Virus record (IMG/VR): IMGVR_UViG_3300013767_000073
Location: 1 to 40,474 of that record
Length of the DNA stretch: 40,474 bases
From: a virus
Direction: 5' to 3' (one strand)
Positions 17,956-26,486 of this stretch are shown piece by piece. A program made the translations under genes and the position numbers. Within the stretch, counting starts at the first letter, position 1. The number at the start of each line of letters is the position of its first letter. Under the pieces are notes generated by a model that worked only from the letters and a program-made list of their open reading frames with translations, was not told the DNA's origin and made no database searches.

Positions 17956-20538
17956 ATGGAAACCACGAAGGACTATCTCGCGGCACTTGACCGCATCTAC
18001 GCGACTGGCATCAAGTACAAGGCCATCACGGAAGGGCCGGTCAGTGGCCCCGAGAGTGTGGTTCAAACGGCCAGAGGGCCGGTCAAGACGCTGGCGCGGA
18101 TTGTGAGCGAGGTGCCCAGCGCCCAGGCGGATCGGGCGAGTGCGGAGGTTGCTGCCGCGGCCGCCGTGGCGCAGGCTGGCAACGCCTCCGAGAGTGCAGC
18201 CGCAGCACAGGCTGCGAGGGCCGCTGCCGAGCTGGCGCGCGATGCGTCGTTTGCGCAGGGGAAAAAGTACGTGGACGAGCCGACTGGTCGCGCCAGCGTG
18301 GCCGACGGGGAGGCCTTCCTGGTACAGGGGGCAGGGGATATCGCGGCCTTTGAATATCGCCGAGTCAGCGCTAGCGCTTCCACGCTGATCGCGCTCTACC
18401 CAAGCGCTGGCTCGGTTCAGCAACTTCGCACCGATCTTGAGACACGAGTGACCCAGCAAGAGATCATGGATCCCACCATCGTTGGTGCCGAAACGGACCC
18501 TGATGGAAATGCCGTCACTCTCACGCACACTGACGGGACGAAGGAGATTCCGAAGGCTAAGCTTGGCACGGCCACGGCGACGAAGTTCTATCCCATCTCC
18601 ATCGAGGACGATGCCACGGACACCTATTCTGGGTCGGCTATCGGTTACGAGCGTGTCTTCACGGATCCGGCTGGCTTCATGTCTCTGGGTTTCCGGTCGG
18701 ACGGTGCGGTGGAGATTCCCAAGCTGATTACCCCAGGGCTGGGCGCGGCGTGGAACACCTTCGGCTTGGGCGATGCTGATTCCGTTGCGTTCGTCGGCGA
18801 CAGCTACACCGCAAGCCATTACACGGTCAAGGACAAGGCCTACATTTCGCGCCTGTCATCGCTCACCGGCTACCGTTGCCGCAACTTCGGCATCTCGGGG
18901 AATGACGCGCTCGACATGAACTACCGCATCATCACCGATGCGGTGTACCCGGACGGTGCGTACTTTTCGGCAATGCGGGCGCGCTTCGTCTGCATCCTGA
19001 GCTACACGAACGATACGGACTTCCGTGGGGCGGATCTGACGATGTACCAGCGCAACATTGAGCGCCTTGTCGAAACGGTGATCGCCAGCGGCGCCGAGCC
19101 TATCCTGTGCAGCGAGTTCCCCGCCACGACCACGACCTACGCGATCCTGCGCAACATCGCGGACCGCTACGGCATCCGGTTTGTCGATGTGGCGTCGCTG
19201 AACTACGAGTGGGGGAACCTGCAGCTTGGCCCCTTTTTCCAAGGCCACCCGGGCACGCGCACGAATGCGGTCTTCTGGTACAACCTGTACGAGACGTTCC
19301 GCGCGCTGCCGAAGCCGGATCGCGGCATCAAGATCTACCGACGTCGCGCCGGCTTCGCGGTGTCGGCCATCTCCGACCTGCTGTTCTCGTCGGTGGTGGA
19401 CAAGCAAGCACGATTCAAGGAGCTGACGGTTTCGCACTACCGGCTCACGGATACTCAGCTGCCGCGATATGACGAGTTGAACAGTGGTATCAGTTGGTCT
19501 TTCACCCTGGAGTCCGACGAGTACTCCAAGATCGAAAGCGGTGCGGGAGTGGCGATCAGCGACTATGCGCTGGTGGAGGTCACGCTGCCGGGCACTGCGC
19601 GGACGATCGACCAGGTGATGCTGACGCTCGGTCTTCCGTCCGGCGTGCAGGTGTATGTGCGTGACTACCAAGACGTGGCGTCGTCGCCCGTTGGCAAGTC
19701 GCAAGGGGCATCCCCGACGCAGCCGGACTACCTGTCGAAGTGGAACAAATCGCGTGGCGCGTGGCGCTCGCTCGGCCAGTACTCGGCGCCCATCACCATG
19801 GCCAAGGTCAACCTGCGGAACTCCATGCGGGGCGACCGGATGGAGTTGCTGCTGTACAAGAGCAGCGGGTTCAGCATCACCGCGTGCCAGGTCGGATACC
19901 AGGGGGCAGGAGGGAAGGAGCCCAACCTGCGCACCACGCCGCCGCGTCTTCTCGACACGCAGCTCTTGCCCGCCCCCACCGTTTCTGCAGCCGATCTGAC
20001 CGCCGCGTGGACTGTGACCGGCGCGCCGGCAACGCTGGTGCCGATCGACAACGTCAACTCCCCGCGCAATCCGGCGAACACGGCGTCGCCGGTGTCGGCT
20101 GTCTGCGTGCTCACGGCGACCGATATGATCGGGCGCAGCCTGACGCTGGCTACGCCTGGTCTTGCCGGCAAGCGCTATGCCGTGACTGTGTATGCGCGGT
20201 ACTTCCCGAAGGCGTTCGTGGATCGCTCCAACCCGCTGTATTCCAGCCTGGACTCCGCCCAGGTGATCGATCGCATCGCCAATCCCTCTTCGGCGCCGAT
20301 CGATGCGGACTCGCACGACTTTCGCACGCTGCGCATGGAGTACGCCTTCGCGGCGAGCATCGATCCAACGGTGGGGGGCGGGGAGTTGGATGAGTTTGCC
20401 TCGCTCTATTGGCGACCGGTCGTCTTCTATGTGGACATGCCGCCGGCACCGCTCGGGACTGGAGCGTTCAGCTTCCGGCTGTCGTGCCCGGACGGTGAGA
20501 TTCAAGTGGCAAAGGTACTGATTCAGGAGGTCAAGTAA
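17956..20538 (+). CDS. Tail fibre / tailspike with SGNH (GDSL) hydrolase-like domain
   Basis: 860 aa. Ala-rich fibre-like N-terminus. Contains VAFVGDSYTASHY ... NFGISGNDALD (blocks I and II of SGNH esterases). Confidence 0.7.
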   Translation: METTKDYLAALDRIYATGIKYKAITEGPVSGPESVVQTARGPVKTLARIVSEVPSAQADRASAEVAAAAAVAQAGNASESAAAAQAARAAAELARDASFAQGKKYVDEPTGRASVADGEAFLVQGAGDIAAFEYRRVSASASTLIALYPSAGSVQQLRTDLETRVTQQEIMDPTIVGAETDPDGNAVTLTHTDGTKEIPKAKLGTATATKFYPISIEDDATDTYSGSAIGYERVFTDPAGFMSLGFRSDGAVEIPKLITPGLGAAWNTFGLGDADSVAFVGDSYTASHYTVKDKAYISRLSSLTGYRCRNFGISGNDALDMNYRIITDAVYPDGAYFSAMRARFVCILSYTNDTDFRGADLTMYQRNIERLVETVIASGAEPILCSEFPATTTTYAILRNIADRYGIRFVDVASLNYEWGNLQLGPFFQGHPGTRTNAVFWYNLYETFRALPKPDRGIKIYRRRAGFAVSAISDLLFSSVVDKQARFKELTVSHYRLTDTQLPRYDELNSGISWSFTLESDEYSKIESGAGVAISDYALVEVTLPGTARTIDQVMLTLGLPSGVQVYVRDYQDVASSPVGKSQGASPTQPDYLSKWNKSRGAWRSLGQYSAPITMAKVNLRNSMRGDRMELLLYKSSGFSITACQVGYQGAGGKEPNLRTTPPRLLDTQLLPAPTVSAADLTAAWTVTGAPATLVPIDNVNSPRNPANTASPVSAVCVLTATDMIGRSLTLATPGLAGKRYAVTVYARYFPKAFVDRSNPLYSSLDSAQVIDRIANPSSAPIDADSHDFRTLRMEYAFAASIDPTVGGGELDEFASLYWRPVVFYVDMPPAPLGTGAFSFRLSCPDGEIQVAKVLIQEVK

Positions 20539-21359
20539 TGAGCATGGCAACCATCACGAAGCTGAAGAACGCTAATTTCTCGGGGCAGGGGCTGCCCAAC
20601 ATCAACCCGTTCGTCGCCCTTTCGGACGCGGAGTTTGCCTTCGACTTCCGCAATCGTTCGAATCGCCTGGCCGATCTCGCGGGCAAGCACACGCTGACCG
20701 CCTACCGGCAGGACATCGCAGGCGGCCAGACCCGGGTGGTGGACCCGACGATCGTGTTTGATGCCAACGGAGGTCTTGGCATCACGGTACAGCTCGGCTA
20801 CCTGCAAATCGACATGCCGGTGTGGACCATCCCGATCGATGGCAGCCGGCAGTTCTCGATCTTGGTGGTCGGCGGGTACAGCGGCATCCCTTTCCCCGCC
20901 GGGAAAATCGCTGGAGCCACGCCGGTCGCTGCATCACTGCTCGACTGCGGGACGGGGGTCGGTTCGAAGGGGCTGTCTCTGGAAGTCAATACCCAGTTGC
21001 ACCGCACTGGAGCGCGCGTCAAGAGCGGGGCGCTCAATCTCTTCAATGACCAGTCCCCGGACAGCCGGACTACCTTCCGTATTCTCACGTTCGACGGAAC
21101 GACCTGGACGCTCGATAACCGCACGCTCGGCACGATTATCACCAAGACGAATGCGGACTTGGGGATAACCGGCACTATCACGCCGGACACTGCTCACGTG
21201 GCGAACGTGGTGATGGGGCAATTCCACAGCACCTCAACACTGAACGGGCTTTACCCGCAGCTGAACCAGCTTGTCGTGTGGAACCGCGTCATGACGCAGG
21301 CGGAGAAAGATGATCAGTATGCGCGGTCCAAGGCGGTGCTTTCCAGCCTAGGAATCTAG
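20538..21359 (+). CDS. Tail-associated protein, possible LamG/concanavalin-like lectin domain
   Basis: TAATG overlap with the fibre gene. The C-terminal LVVWNRVMTQAEKDDQY resembles the end of LamG_3 domains. Confidence 0.45.
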   Translation: MSMATITKLKNANFSGQGLPNINPFVALSDAEFAFDFRNRSNRLADLAGKHTLTAYRQDIAGGQTRVVDPTIVFDANGGLGITVQLGYLQIDMPVWTIPIDGSRQFSILVVGGYSGIPFPAGKIAGATPVAASLLDCGTGVGSKGLSLEVNTQLHRTGARVKSGALNLFNDQSPDSRTTFRILTFDGTTWTLDNRTLGTIITKTNADLGITGTITPDTAHVANVVMGQFHSTSTLNGLYPQLNQLVVWNRVMTQAEKDDQYARSKAVLSSLGI

Positions 21360-21363
21360 TGGG

Positions 21364-21579
21364 CTACCACTGGTCATCAAGCCAAAGGCCGAACCGGCGA
21401 CCTTCAATCCACTGTGCGTGAAGGTTGCTATTCGAATGGTAAGGGTTGGCGGTTGGCGAATAGAACCGAGCATCAATGCCCCTTTCAAATGCATCCTGTT
21501 CAGCTGCGGATCTCTCCGCGGGAGGCTTTGAAGGGGCAACTAATGCGCCCGCTATGCGTTTGAGAAGGTCGCGCGACAC
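21364..21579 (-). CDS. Small Rmf/CrpP-like protein (moron, opposite strand)
   Basis: ERGIDARFYSPTANPYHSNSNLHAQWIEGRRFG fits the Rmf/CrpP pattern G..A..G...NPY......W..G. Convergent with the tail genes. Confidence 0.5.
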   Translation of the reverse strand: MSRDLLKRIAGALVAPSKPPAERSAAEQDAFERGIDARFYSPTANPYHSNSNLHAQWIEGRRFGLWLDDQW

Positions 21580-21770
21580 GGTATCCCCAAGTTCAGGCGC
21601 CTTTGGCGCTCACTATGTTGTCAATACATTTTAGTTTGGTTGTGAATGTATTTGCAACAAAACAAATGATTCCCCCACCCCCACAACCGTTTCCCGCGCT
21701 GCCCGGATAGGCAGCAGTCAATGTCCGACACGGCCCGCCTCGCGCGGGCTTATTCATTTTGGAGGTGAGC

Positions 21771-22412
21771 ATGAATCAAGATGTGTTCCGGCAGGCGGCC
21801 GGCATCAGCGAGGCGCTAGCCGCGCGCTGGTGGCCGCATGTCGATCGCGCGCTGTTCGAGTTTGGCATCGTGGCGCCGCACCGCGTCGCCGCCTGGATTG
21901 GCCAGGTGGGTCACGAATCGAAGGGCTTTACCACGTTGGTGGAATCCTTCGATTACGCGGTGGAGGCCTTGGTGCCGCAGTTCGGCAAGCGCATCACACC
22001 GGCGATAGCCGCGCAGCTCGGCCGCCAGCCTGGCGAGCGCATGGTGCCGCTGGACCGCCAGGCTCGCATCGCCTCGATCGTCTATGCCGGCCGCTACGGC
22101 AACGGGGGCGCCGGCAGCGGCGACGGCTGGCGGTACCGCGGCCATGGGCTCAAGCAGATCACGTTCTTCGACAACCACCGCGAGTGCGGGCACGCGCTGG
22201 GCGTCGACCTGGTCGCGCAGCCCGAGCTGCTGGCCAGCGACGATCGGCTGGCCGCGCGCTCGGCGGCGTGGTTCTGGTACGCCCGCGGCTGCAACCAGCT
22301 GGCGGACCTGGGTGACTTCGAGCAGCTCACACGGCGGATCAATGGCGGCGTCAATGGCCTGGAGGACCGGCGACGACGCTGGGATCTGTCCAAGCAATTC
22401 ATCCACGCATAA
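21771..22412 (+). CDS. Endolysin, glycoside hydrolase family 19 (chitinase-like)
   Basis: AAWIGQVGHESKGFTTLVESFDY ... GRYGNG ... YRGHGLKQITF are GH19-lysin motifs. ATG at 21771 follows ggagg. Confidence 0.8.
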   Translation: MNQDVFRQAAGISEALAARWWPHVDRALFEFGIVAPHRVAAWIGQVGHESKGFTTLVESFDYAVEALVPQFGKRITPAIAAQLGRQPGERMVPLDRQARIASIVYAGRYGNGGAGSGDGWRYRGHGLKQITFFDNHRECGHALGVDLVAQPELLASDDRLAARSAAWFWYARGCNQLADLGDFEQLTRRINGGVNGLEDRRRRWDLSKQFIHA

Positions 22413-22427
22413 CAAGGAACGGGTCGC

Positions 22428-22724
22428 ATGCAAAAAGAAGAGCAATCGCTGTACGTCCTGCTGGTCATGGGTGCCGTCATCGGTATCGGCAAGCTGCTGG
22501 TCAGCAACGATCCCATCACGCTACGGCTGATCCTGGGCCGTGCGCTGCTGGGCGCGGCCACATCGATGGTGGCCGGCGTCGGCCTGGCGCAGTTCCCGGA
22601 CCTGCCACCGATGGCGCTGTATGGAATCGGCTGCGCGCTGGGCATCGTCGGCTCTCAGTACCTGGAGCTGTGGCTCAAGCGCTGGATGAGCAAACAGGGG
22701 GGCGACCGTGGCAAAGCTACTTAA
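22428..22724 (+). CDS. Holin
   Basis: 98 aa with 2-3 hydrophobic helices and a charged C-terminus. Lies between the endolysin and spanins. Confidence 0.7.
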   Translation: MQKEEQSLYVLLVMGAVIGIGKLLVSNDPITLRLILGRALLGAATSMVAGVGLAQFPDLPPMALYGIGCALGIVGSQYLELWLKRWMSKQGGDRGKAT

Positions 22725-23124
22725 GGTGGTACTCGATGCATTCTCCGGCTGGGAGGGCTATGCCCTGCTGTTTGGGGTCGGGGTGGTCTTGGGTGGTGCG
22801 ATCGCGGGGCCGGGTGCCTGGCATTGGCAGGCCAACCGCTACGAGCGCCAGTTCGCCGAGCGCGACGCACAGCAGGCGCGCGAGCAGCTCGGCGTGGCGC
22901 AGCTGGCGCTGGCGGATCTGCAGAGCGCCAGCGCCTTGATCCACCAGAAGGCCGTCGAGTATGGCGGCATCCAATCCACCCTCGGTCTCCAGCTGGAGGC
23001 CATTCGCAAGGATCTGAAGAATGCGAGAGAGCCTTTGCCTGTGGGCTGTCGCCCTGATGATTTCCGCGTGCGCAAGCTCGCCGAAGCCGTCGGTGCGGCC
23101 CAGCAAGCCGCCGCCGCTCGATAG
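22708..23124 (+). CDS. Rz: i-spanin (Rz-like)
   Basis: N-terminal TM helix (YALLFGVGVVLGGAIAG), coiled periplasmic part. GTG start. Confidence 0.65.
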   Translation: MAKLLKVVLDAFSGWEGYALLFGVGVVLGGAIAGPGAWHWQANRYERQFAERDAQQAREQLGVAQLALADLQSASALIHQKAVEYGGIQSTLGLQLEAIRKDLKNAREPLPVGCRPDDFRVRKLAEAVGAAQQAAAAR

Positions 23125-23272
23125 CGCGCTGGCGGCGCCGTGTGTAGTGCCGGATGCGCCGACGGTCGCCGACTATGACGCCTGGCAGGACTGGGTCATG
23201 GGGCCGGTGCTCGGCGCGCTGGGCGATTGTGCGGCACGCCACCGCAAGACCGTGGAGGCCTGGCCGGGGTAG
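23021..23272 (+). CDS. Rz1: o-spanin lipoprotein (Rz1-like), overlapping type
   Basis: Starts inside Rz in another frame. Lipobox LMISAC, then a Pro-rich mature part. Confidence 0.65.
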   Translation: MRESLCLWAVALMISACASSPKPSVRPSKPPPLDSALAAPCVVPDAPTVADYDAWQDWVMGPVLGALGDCAARHRKTVEAWPG

Positions 23273-23299
23273 CGGTTAGGGCGCCATCACGTCCCGCTG

Positions 23300-23719
23300 T
23301 CAGGCGCAATGCTTGGGGTCGCGGATGGCGCCCACAATCACGTCCAGGCGGCTTTGCCAGGTGGAATAGTAGGTGTAGCCCTTCAGCTCGGCGCCCGTGC
23401 CCTTGGGGGTAATGTCCGCCAGCAAATAGACGCTGGAGTCGGACCTGCCCATGCCGAGTTGCGTAACCACGAGACGGGTGCCACTGGGGTCCATCGCGAC
23501 GTTCCCAATGGGCCGGCAGTCCATCTCATAGGCCGTGATCGCTTTGTACACCTCGGGCAGCGATTGATCGAGCTGCACCGTGGTGCGCAAGTTCTCGGGT
23601 TGGCGCATATCGCTGGCCGTGTAGTTGGTGAGCACAACGGCGCAGCCGGTCAGGCCGCCGAGGGCCAGCGCAGCGGCCAGGCCGTAGTGGGAAAGTCGCG
23701 CGAGCATGGGCATCCTCAT
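23300..23719 (-). CDS. Lipoprotein of unknown function (moron)
   Basis: MRMPMLARLSHYGLAAALALGGLTGC is a signal peptide plus lipobox. The upstream part of ORF 23300..24025 is rejected. Confidence 0.65.
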   Translation of the reverse strand: MRMPMLARLSHYGLAAALALGGLTGCAVVLTNYTASDMRQPENLRTTVQLDQSLPEVYKAITAYEMDCRPIGNVAMDPSGTRLVVTQLGMGRSDSSVYLLADITPKGTGAELKGYTYYSTWQSRLDVIVGAIRDPKHCA

Positions 23720-23780
23720 GGTGAGAGTAGAACCGCATTCTAAGTGGAGGATGCGGCTAGCGCCTTGCCTTTCTCCATTC

Positions 23781-23838
23781 CATAACATAACATTCATAAC
23801 ATAACGAAACGTAACGTTACGGAGAGAAAATGTTATGG
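23781..23838. promoter_or_regulatory. Repeat-rich kfrA promoter/operator region
   Basis: cataacataac at 23781-91 and 23795-805. 12-bp palindrome cgtaacgttacg at 23810-21. Inverted atgttatg overlaps the kfrA start. Confidence 0.5.
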
Positions 23839-24872
23839 CACGCGAAGCCAGCATCACGCAGGAACAGGTCAACGCCGCCGCCGACGCGCTGCGGGCGTCT
23901 GGCGCCAAGCCCACGGTGCGCGCGGTGCGCGAGCGCCTGGGCAACACGGGCTCGAATGCCACGGTCATGCGCCTGCTCGCGGTCTGGCAGGGCGGCCAAG
24001 TAAAACCCGCTGAGACGCCGATCACGCTGCCGGCGACACTGCAGCGCGCGCTGGTCGACTACGTGGGCCAGGCCGTGGCTGAAGGCAAGGCGGAACTGGC
24101 GGCGGATCTCGCTGAACTGCAGCAGGTCAACGCGGATCTGGCCAGCGAGAGCGAGCGCCAGGCAGCGGCGATCGAGTCCCTGGAGAGCGAGCGCGATGCG
24201 GTGCAGTCGGAGCGCGATGCGCTCGCCGGCCGCGTGCAGCAGCTCGAGGCCGACCAGGTCGTGCTGCGCGGCGAGGTCGAGCAGGAGCGGGCTGCGGCCG
24301 AGGGCGCGCGCACGGCCCTGGCCAAGGCCGAGCTGCGCCTGGAGGCGATGCCGCGGCTGGTCGAGGATCTCGCAGCCGTGCGGGTCGAGGTCGAGCGGGA
24401 GCGGTCGGGTCGGATTGCCGCCGAGCAGGCTGCCGCGGTGGCGAGCGCGCGCCTCGAGGCGGAGGCGGTCGCCCTGATGCGGGCCGAGAAGGCGCTGGAG
24501 GCCGTGCCGCAGCTGGAGGCGGCACTGTCGGCGGTGCGGGCCGAGCTGGAGGCCGAGCGCGCGAGCCGGGCCGCCGCCGAGCAAGCGGTCGCCGTCGCGC
24601 AGGCTGCGGTCGTGCACGTCGAGGGCGAGCTGGCCACGGTGCGCGCCGCCGGCGAGAAGGCGGAGGCCAAGGCGGAAAAGCTCCGCGGCGAACTCCAGGC
24701 CAAGGTCTATGAGCTGAGCGAGGCCGTGCACACGCAGCAGGCCGCCACCTACGAGGCCAACGCGAAGTGGTCGGCGGCGGAGTACCAGCTGCGGCACGCG
24801 CAGGAAGCGCTGGCGGCGGCCGAGCGGGCCGCGCCGGCGGAGAAGCCCGCCACGCCGGCTAAAAAGCGCTAG
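23835..24872 (+). CDS. kfrA: KfrA-like plasmid DNA-binding coiled-coil protein
   Basis: The N-terminus ITQEQVNAAADALRASGAKPTVRAVRERLGNTGSNATVMRLLAVW matches the KfrA_N domain. The remainder is a long Ala/Glu/Leu coiled coil. Confidence 0.75.
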   Translation: MAREASITQEQVNAAADALRASGAKPTVRAVRERLGNTGSNATVMRLLAVWQGGQVKPAETPITLPATLQRALVDYVGQAVAEGKAELAADLAELQQVNADLASESERQAAAIESLESERDAVQSERDALAGRVQQLEADQVVLRGEVEQERAAAEGARTALAKAELRLEAMPRLVEDLAAVRVEVERERSGRIAAEQAAAVASARLEAEAVALMRAEKALEAVPQLEAALSAVRAELEAERASRAAAEQAVAVAQAAVVHVEGELATVRAAGEKAEAKAEKLRGELQAKVYELSEAVHTQQAATYEANAKWSAAEYQLRHAQEALAAAERAAPAEKPATPAKKR

Positions 24873-24889
24873 GCTGGGAGGACGGCCCC

Positions 24890-25120
24890 ATGATCAGGAT
24901 CTCGACGTGTCCCACGCCCTGCGACTGTCTGAACGATTGCGGCGACGATCCGCGCCTGGGCGCGTGTCAGGTCACCAAGTGCGCCGCCGCGATTGCTCGG
25001 GAGGCGGGCCGGCGGGCCGCCGCCTGGCAGCGCTGCGAGGCGTGGCTGGCGACGCTGCCGGCGGAGGTGGACCGCGCCAGTGCCCGCCTGGGCTGGCACG
25101 CAGCGCTGCGTCGCCGGTGA
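24890..25120 (+). CDS. Hypothetical Cys-rich small protein
   Basis: 76 aa ORF, 18 nt after kfrA. CPTPCDCLNDCGDD...C..TKC. Confidence 0.4.
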   Translation: MIRISTCPTPCDCLNDCGDDPRLGACQVTKCAAAIAREAGRRAAAWQRCEAWLATLPAEVDRASARLGWHAALRRR

Positions 25121-25259
25121 TGGTTATGCCGTTTTGACATAACGATTATTATGCGCGTATATGGCGTATTGATCACATTACTGATGTGATCCGATGCCAA
25201 GTTCATCGTCGAGGCGATGGGCTTCCTGTTGGCGGTCCTGCCAGAGCTGATCAAGTTTG

Positions 25260-25997
25260 TCAAATTGGCAGTCGCTGCTGAGGGTCCTTTGCGAAGCGGA
25301 ATTCGAGGCCTACCACCTTGCGCCCTGCTCGCCTGGTATCCCACTCGATCAAAAGTCCGTTCTTCTCTTTCAGGTCGCGCAGCGCTGGCTCGATCACGCG
25401 CGTCCGCAGTTCCTTGAAGTTCTTTACATAGGCCTCTGGCACTTCCATGCTGTGCGTGAATTCCTCAATCGTCGGGCTATACCGCCCTGCTGCTTCCCAC
25501 GACTTTAGGCACTCGAACAGTCTCCAGGTGTAGACCGAACGGAAGTCGGCTGCCTGGCGCAACTTGTAGGAAAGAAACTCCCGGCGCAAGCCAAACAAGT
25601 GCGGCGCCACCGAGCTGGTCCACACTAGTTCGATCCAGCCCTCCCCTTTGTGGTACTTCCGATATTCGACCCACCGATACTTTGTGTCTTCCGGACCCTT
25701 CGGTGTCATTTCCACGGTGCGGATGTAGCGGTCAAAGATCCGTTCGGCTGCGGCTTCCATCTGCTCGTAAGCGCTGGTCATGTCCAGGCCAAAGGTCTCC
25801 GCATAGTCCTTGGCATGTAGGCGTGTACGCAGCGCTGACTTTGACAGCACCAAAGGCACTGAATCGCCCTGGGCTATGCAGCAAGAGATGACGCGCTTCT
25901 CCGGTAGCGACAGGCCGTGGGCTGCCCGAACAAGGGCGTTGCTCATGTTGACGTTCAGCTCGGCAATCGGCTGACCGGGTTTCGGTGGTTTCGACAT
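25260..25997 (-). CDS. repA: Iteron-type plasmid replication initiator (Rep_3 family)
   Basis: NMSNALVRAAHGLSLPEKRVISCCIA ... FLSYKLRQAADFRSVYTWRLFECLKSW ... GRKVVGLEFRF is typical of Rep_3 winged-helix initiators. Iterons lie upstream. Confidence 0.85.
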   Translation of the reverse strand: MSKPPKPGQPIAELNVNMSNALVRAAHGLSLPEKRVISCCIAQGDSVPLVLSKSALRTRLHAKDYAETFGLDMTSAYEQMEAAAERIFDRYIRTVEMTPKGPEDTKYRWVEYRKYHKGEGWIELVWTSSVAPHLFGLRREFLSYKLRQAADFRSVYTWRLFECLKSWEAAGRYSPTIEEFTHSMEVPEAYVKNFKELRTRVIEPALRDLKEKNGLLIEWDTRRAGRKVVGLEFRFAKDPQQRLPI

Positions 25998-26003
25998 ATG
26001 TCG

Positions 26004-26022
26004 TATTGGGGCAAGGACCGGG
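26004..26022. promoter_or_regulatory. Inverted iteron copy abutting the repA start (autorepression operator)
   Basis: tattggggcaaggaccggg is the exact reverse complement of iterons 3 and 4. A partial second copy, tattggggc, lies at 26024-32. Confidence 0.65.
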
Positions 26023-26133
26023 TTATTGGGGCGTCGTCGGATGGTATGCCATAAATGGCGTCATCCAAAGTAGCGAGTAGTTCATTCTGTTGCAGCCTTC
26101 TGTGGACAACTAAGCAATGTGCCGACTGGCCGA

Positions 26134-26216
26134 CCCGGTCTTTGCCCCATTAGCCCGGTCTTTGCCCCATTGGAACCCGGTCCTTGCCCCAATAGAGCCC
26201 GGTCCTTGCCCCAATA
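26134..26216. repeat. oriV iterons: four direct repeats spaced 20-22 bp
   Basis: cccggtctttgccccatt at 26134 and 26154. cccggtccttgccccaata at 26176 and 26198. Confidence 0.85.
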
Positions 26217-26256
26217 GAAGCCCGCAAAGCCTTATCTGGCGCGGCTTTTCGGTGGG

Positions 26257-26297
26257 CTAAAACGAAGTAAAACGGGGTTAAAACGTATATAAAAACC
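26257..26297. other. AT-rich candidate DNA-unwinding element of oriV
   Basis: taaaacg at 26258, 26268 and 26279 (10-11 bp phasing), then tatataaaaa. Confidence 0.55.
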
Positions 26298-26304
26298 GGG
26301 GGGA

Positions 26305-26313
26305 TGTGGATAA
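26305..26313 (-). promoter_or_regulatory. DnaA box (perfect TTATCCACA on the minus strand)
   Basis: tgtggataa at 26305-13. Weaker matches: tgtggacaa at 26101-09 and tgtggacag at 26361-69. Confidence 0.65.
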
Positions 26314-26486
26314 CCCGCCTGTGGTCCGCAAGGCAGTGGACATCCCGCTGTGCGGGACCGTGTGGACAGCAGCGGACAGCCTGAACGGCTGCCCTCTTCC
26401 TGACCACACTTGCCCACAGCAGCTGTTGGTATGCAAGCGACCGGCACGACTAAGATTAGAAAAAGATCAAGGGACCAAGCCCTACC

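Noticed and set aside
14836-20550. Very long minus-strand ORFs (14836..16638, 16945..18819, 18856..20550) and similar ones antisense to the tape measure, kfrA and other genes.
   Set aside because: They lie antisense to well-supported tail genes. They translate to Arg/Pro/Gly/Ala-rich low-complexity sequence. They are the expected stop-codon-poor shadow frames of GC-rich DNA.
23720-24025. N-terminal 102 aa of ORF 23300..24025(-).
   Set aside because: It runs antisense through the kfrA start and promoter repeats. The lipoprotein signal peptide begins at the internal Met (23719).
26134-26216. Short direct repeats that might be a CRISPR array.
   Set aside because: There are only four 18-19 bp repeats with 2-4 bp gaps and no spacers. 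An inverted copy sits at the rep promoter, and a DnaA box and AT-rich block lie nearby. These are plasmid iterons.
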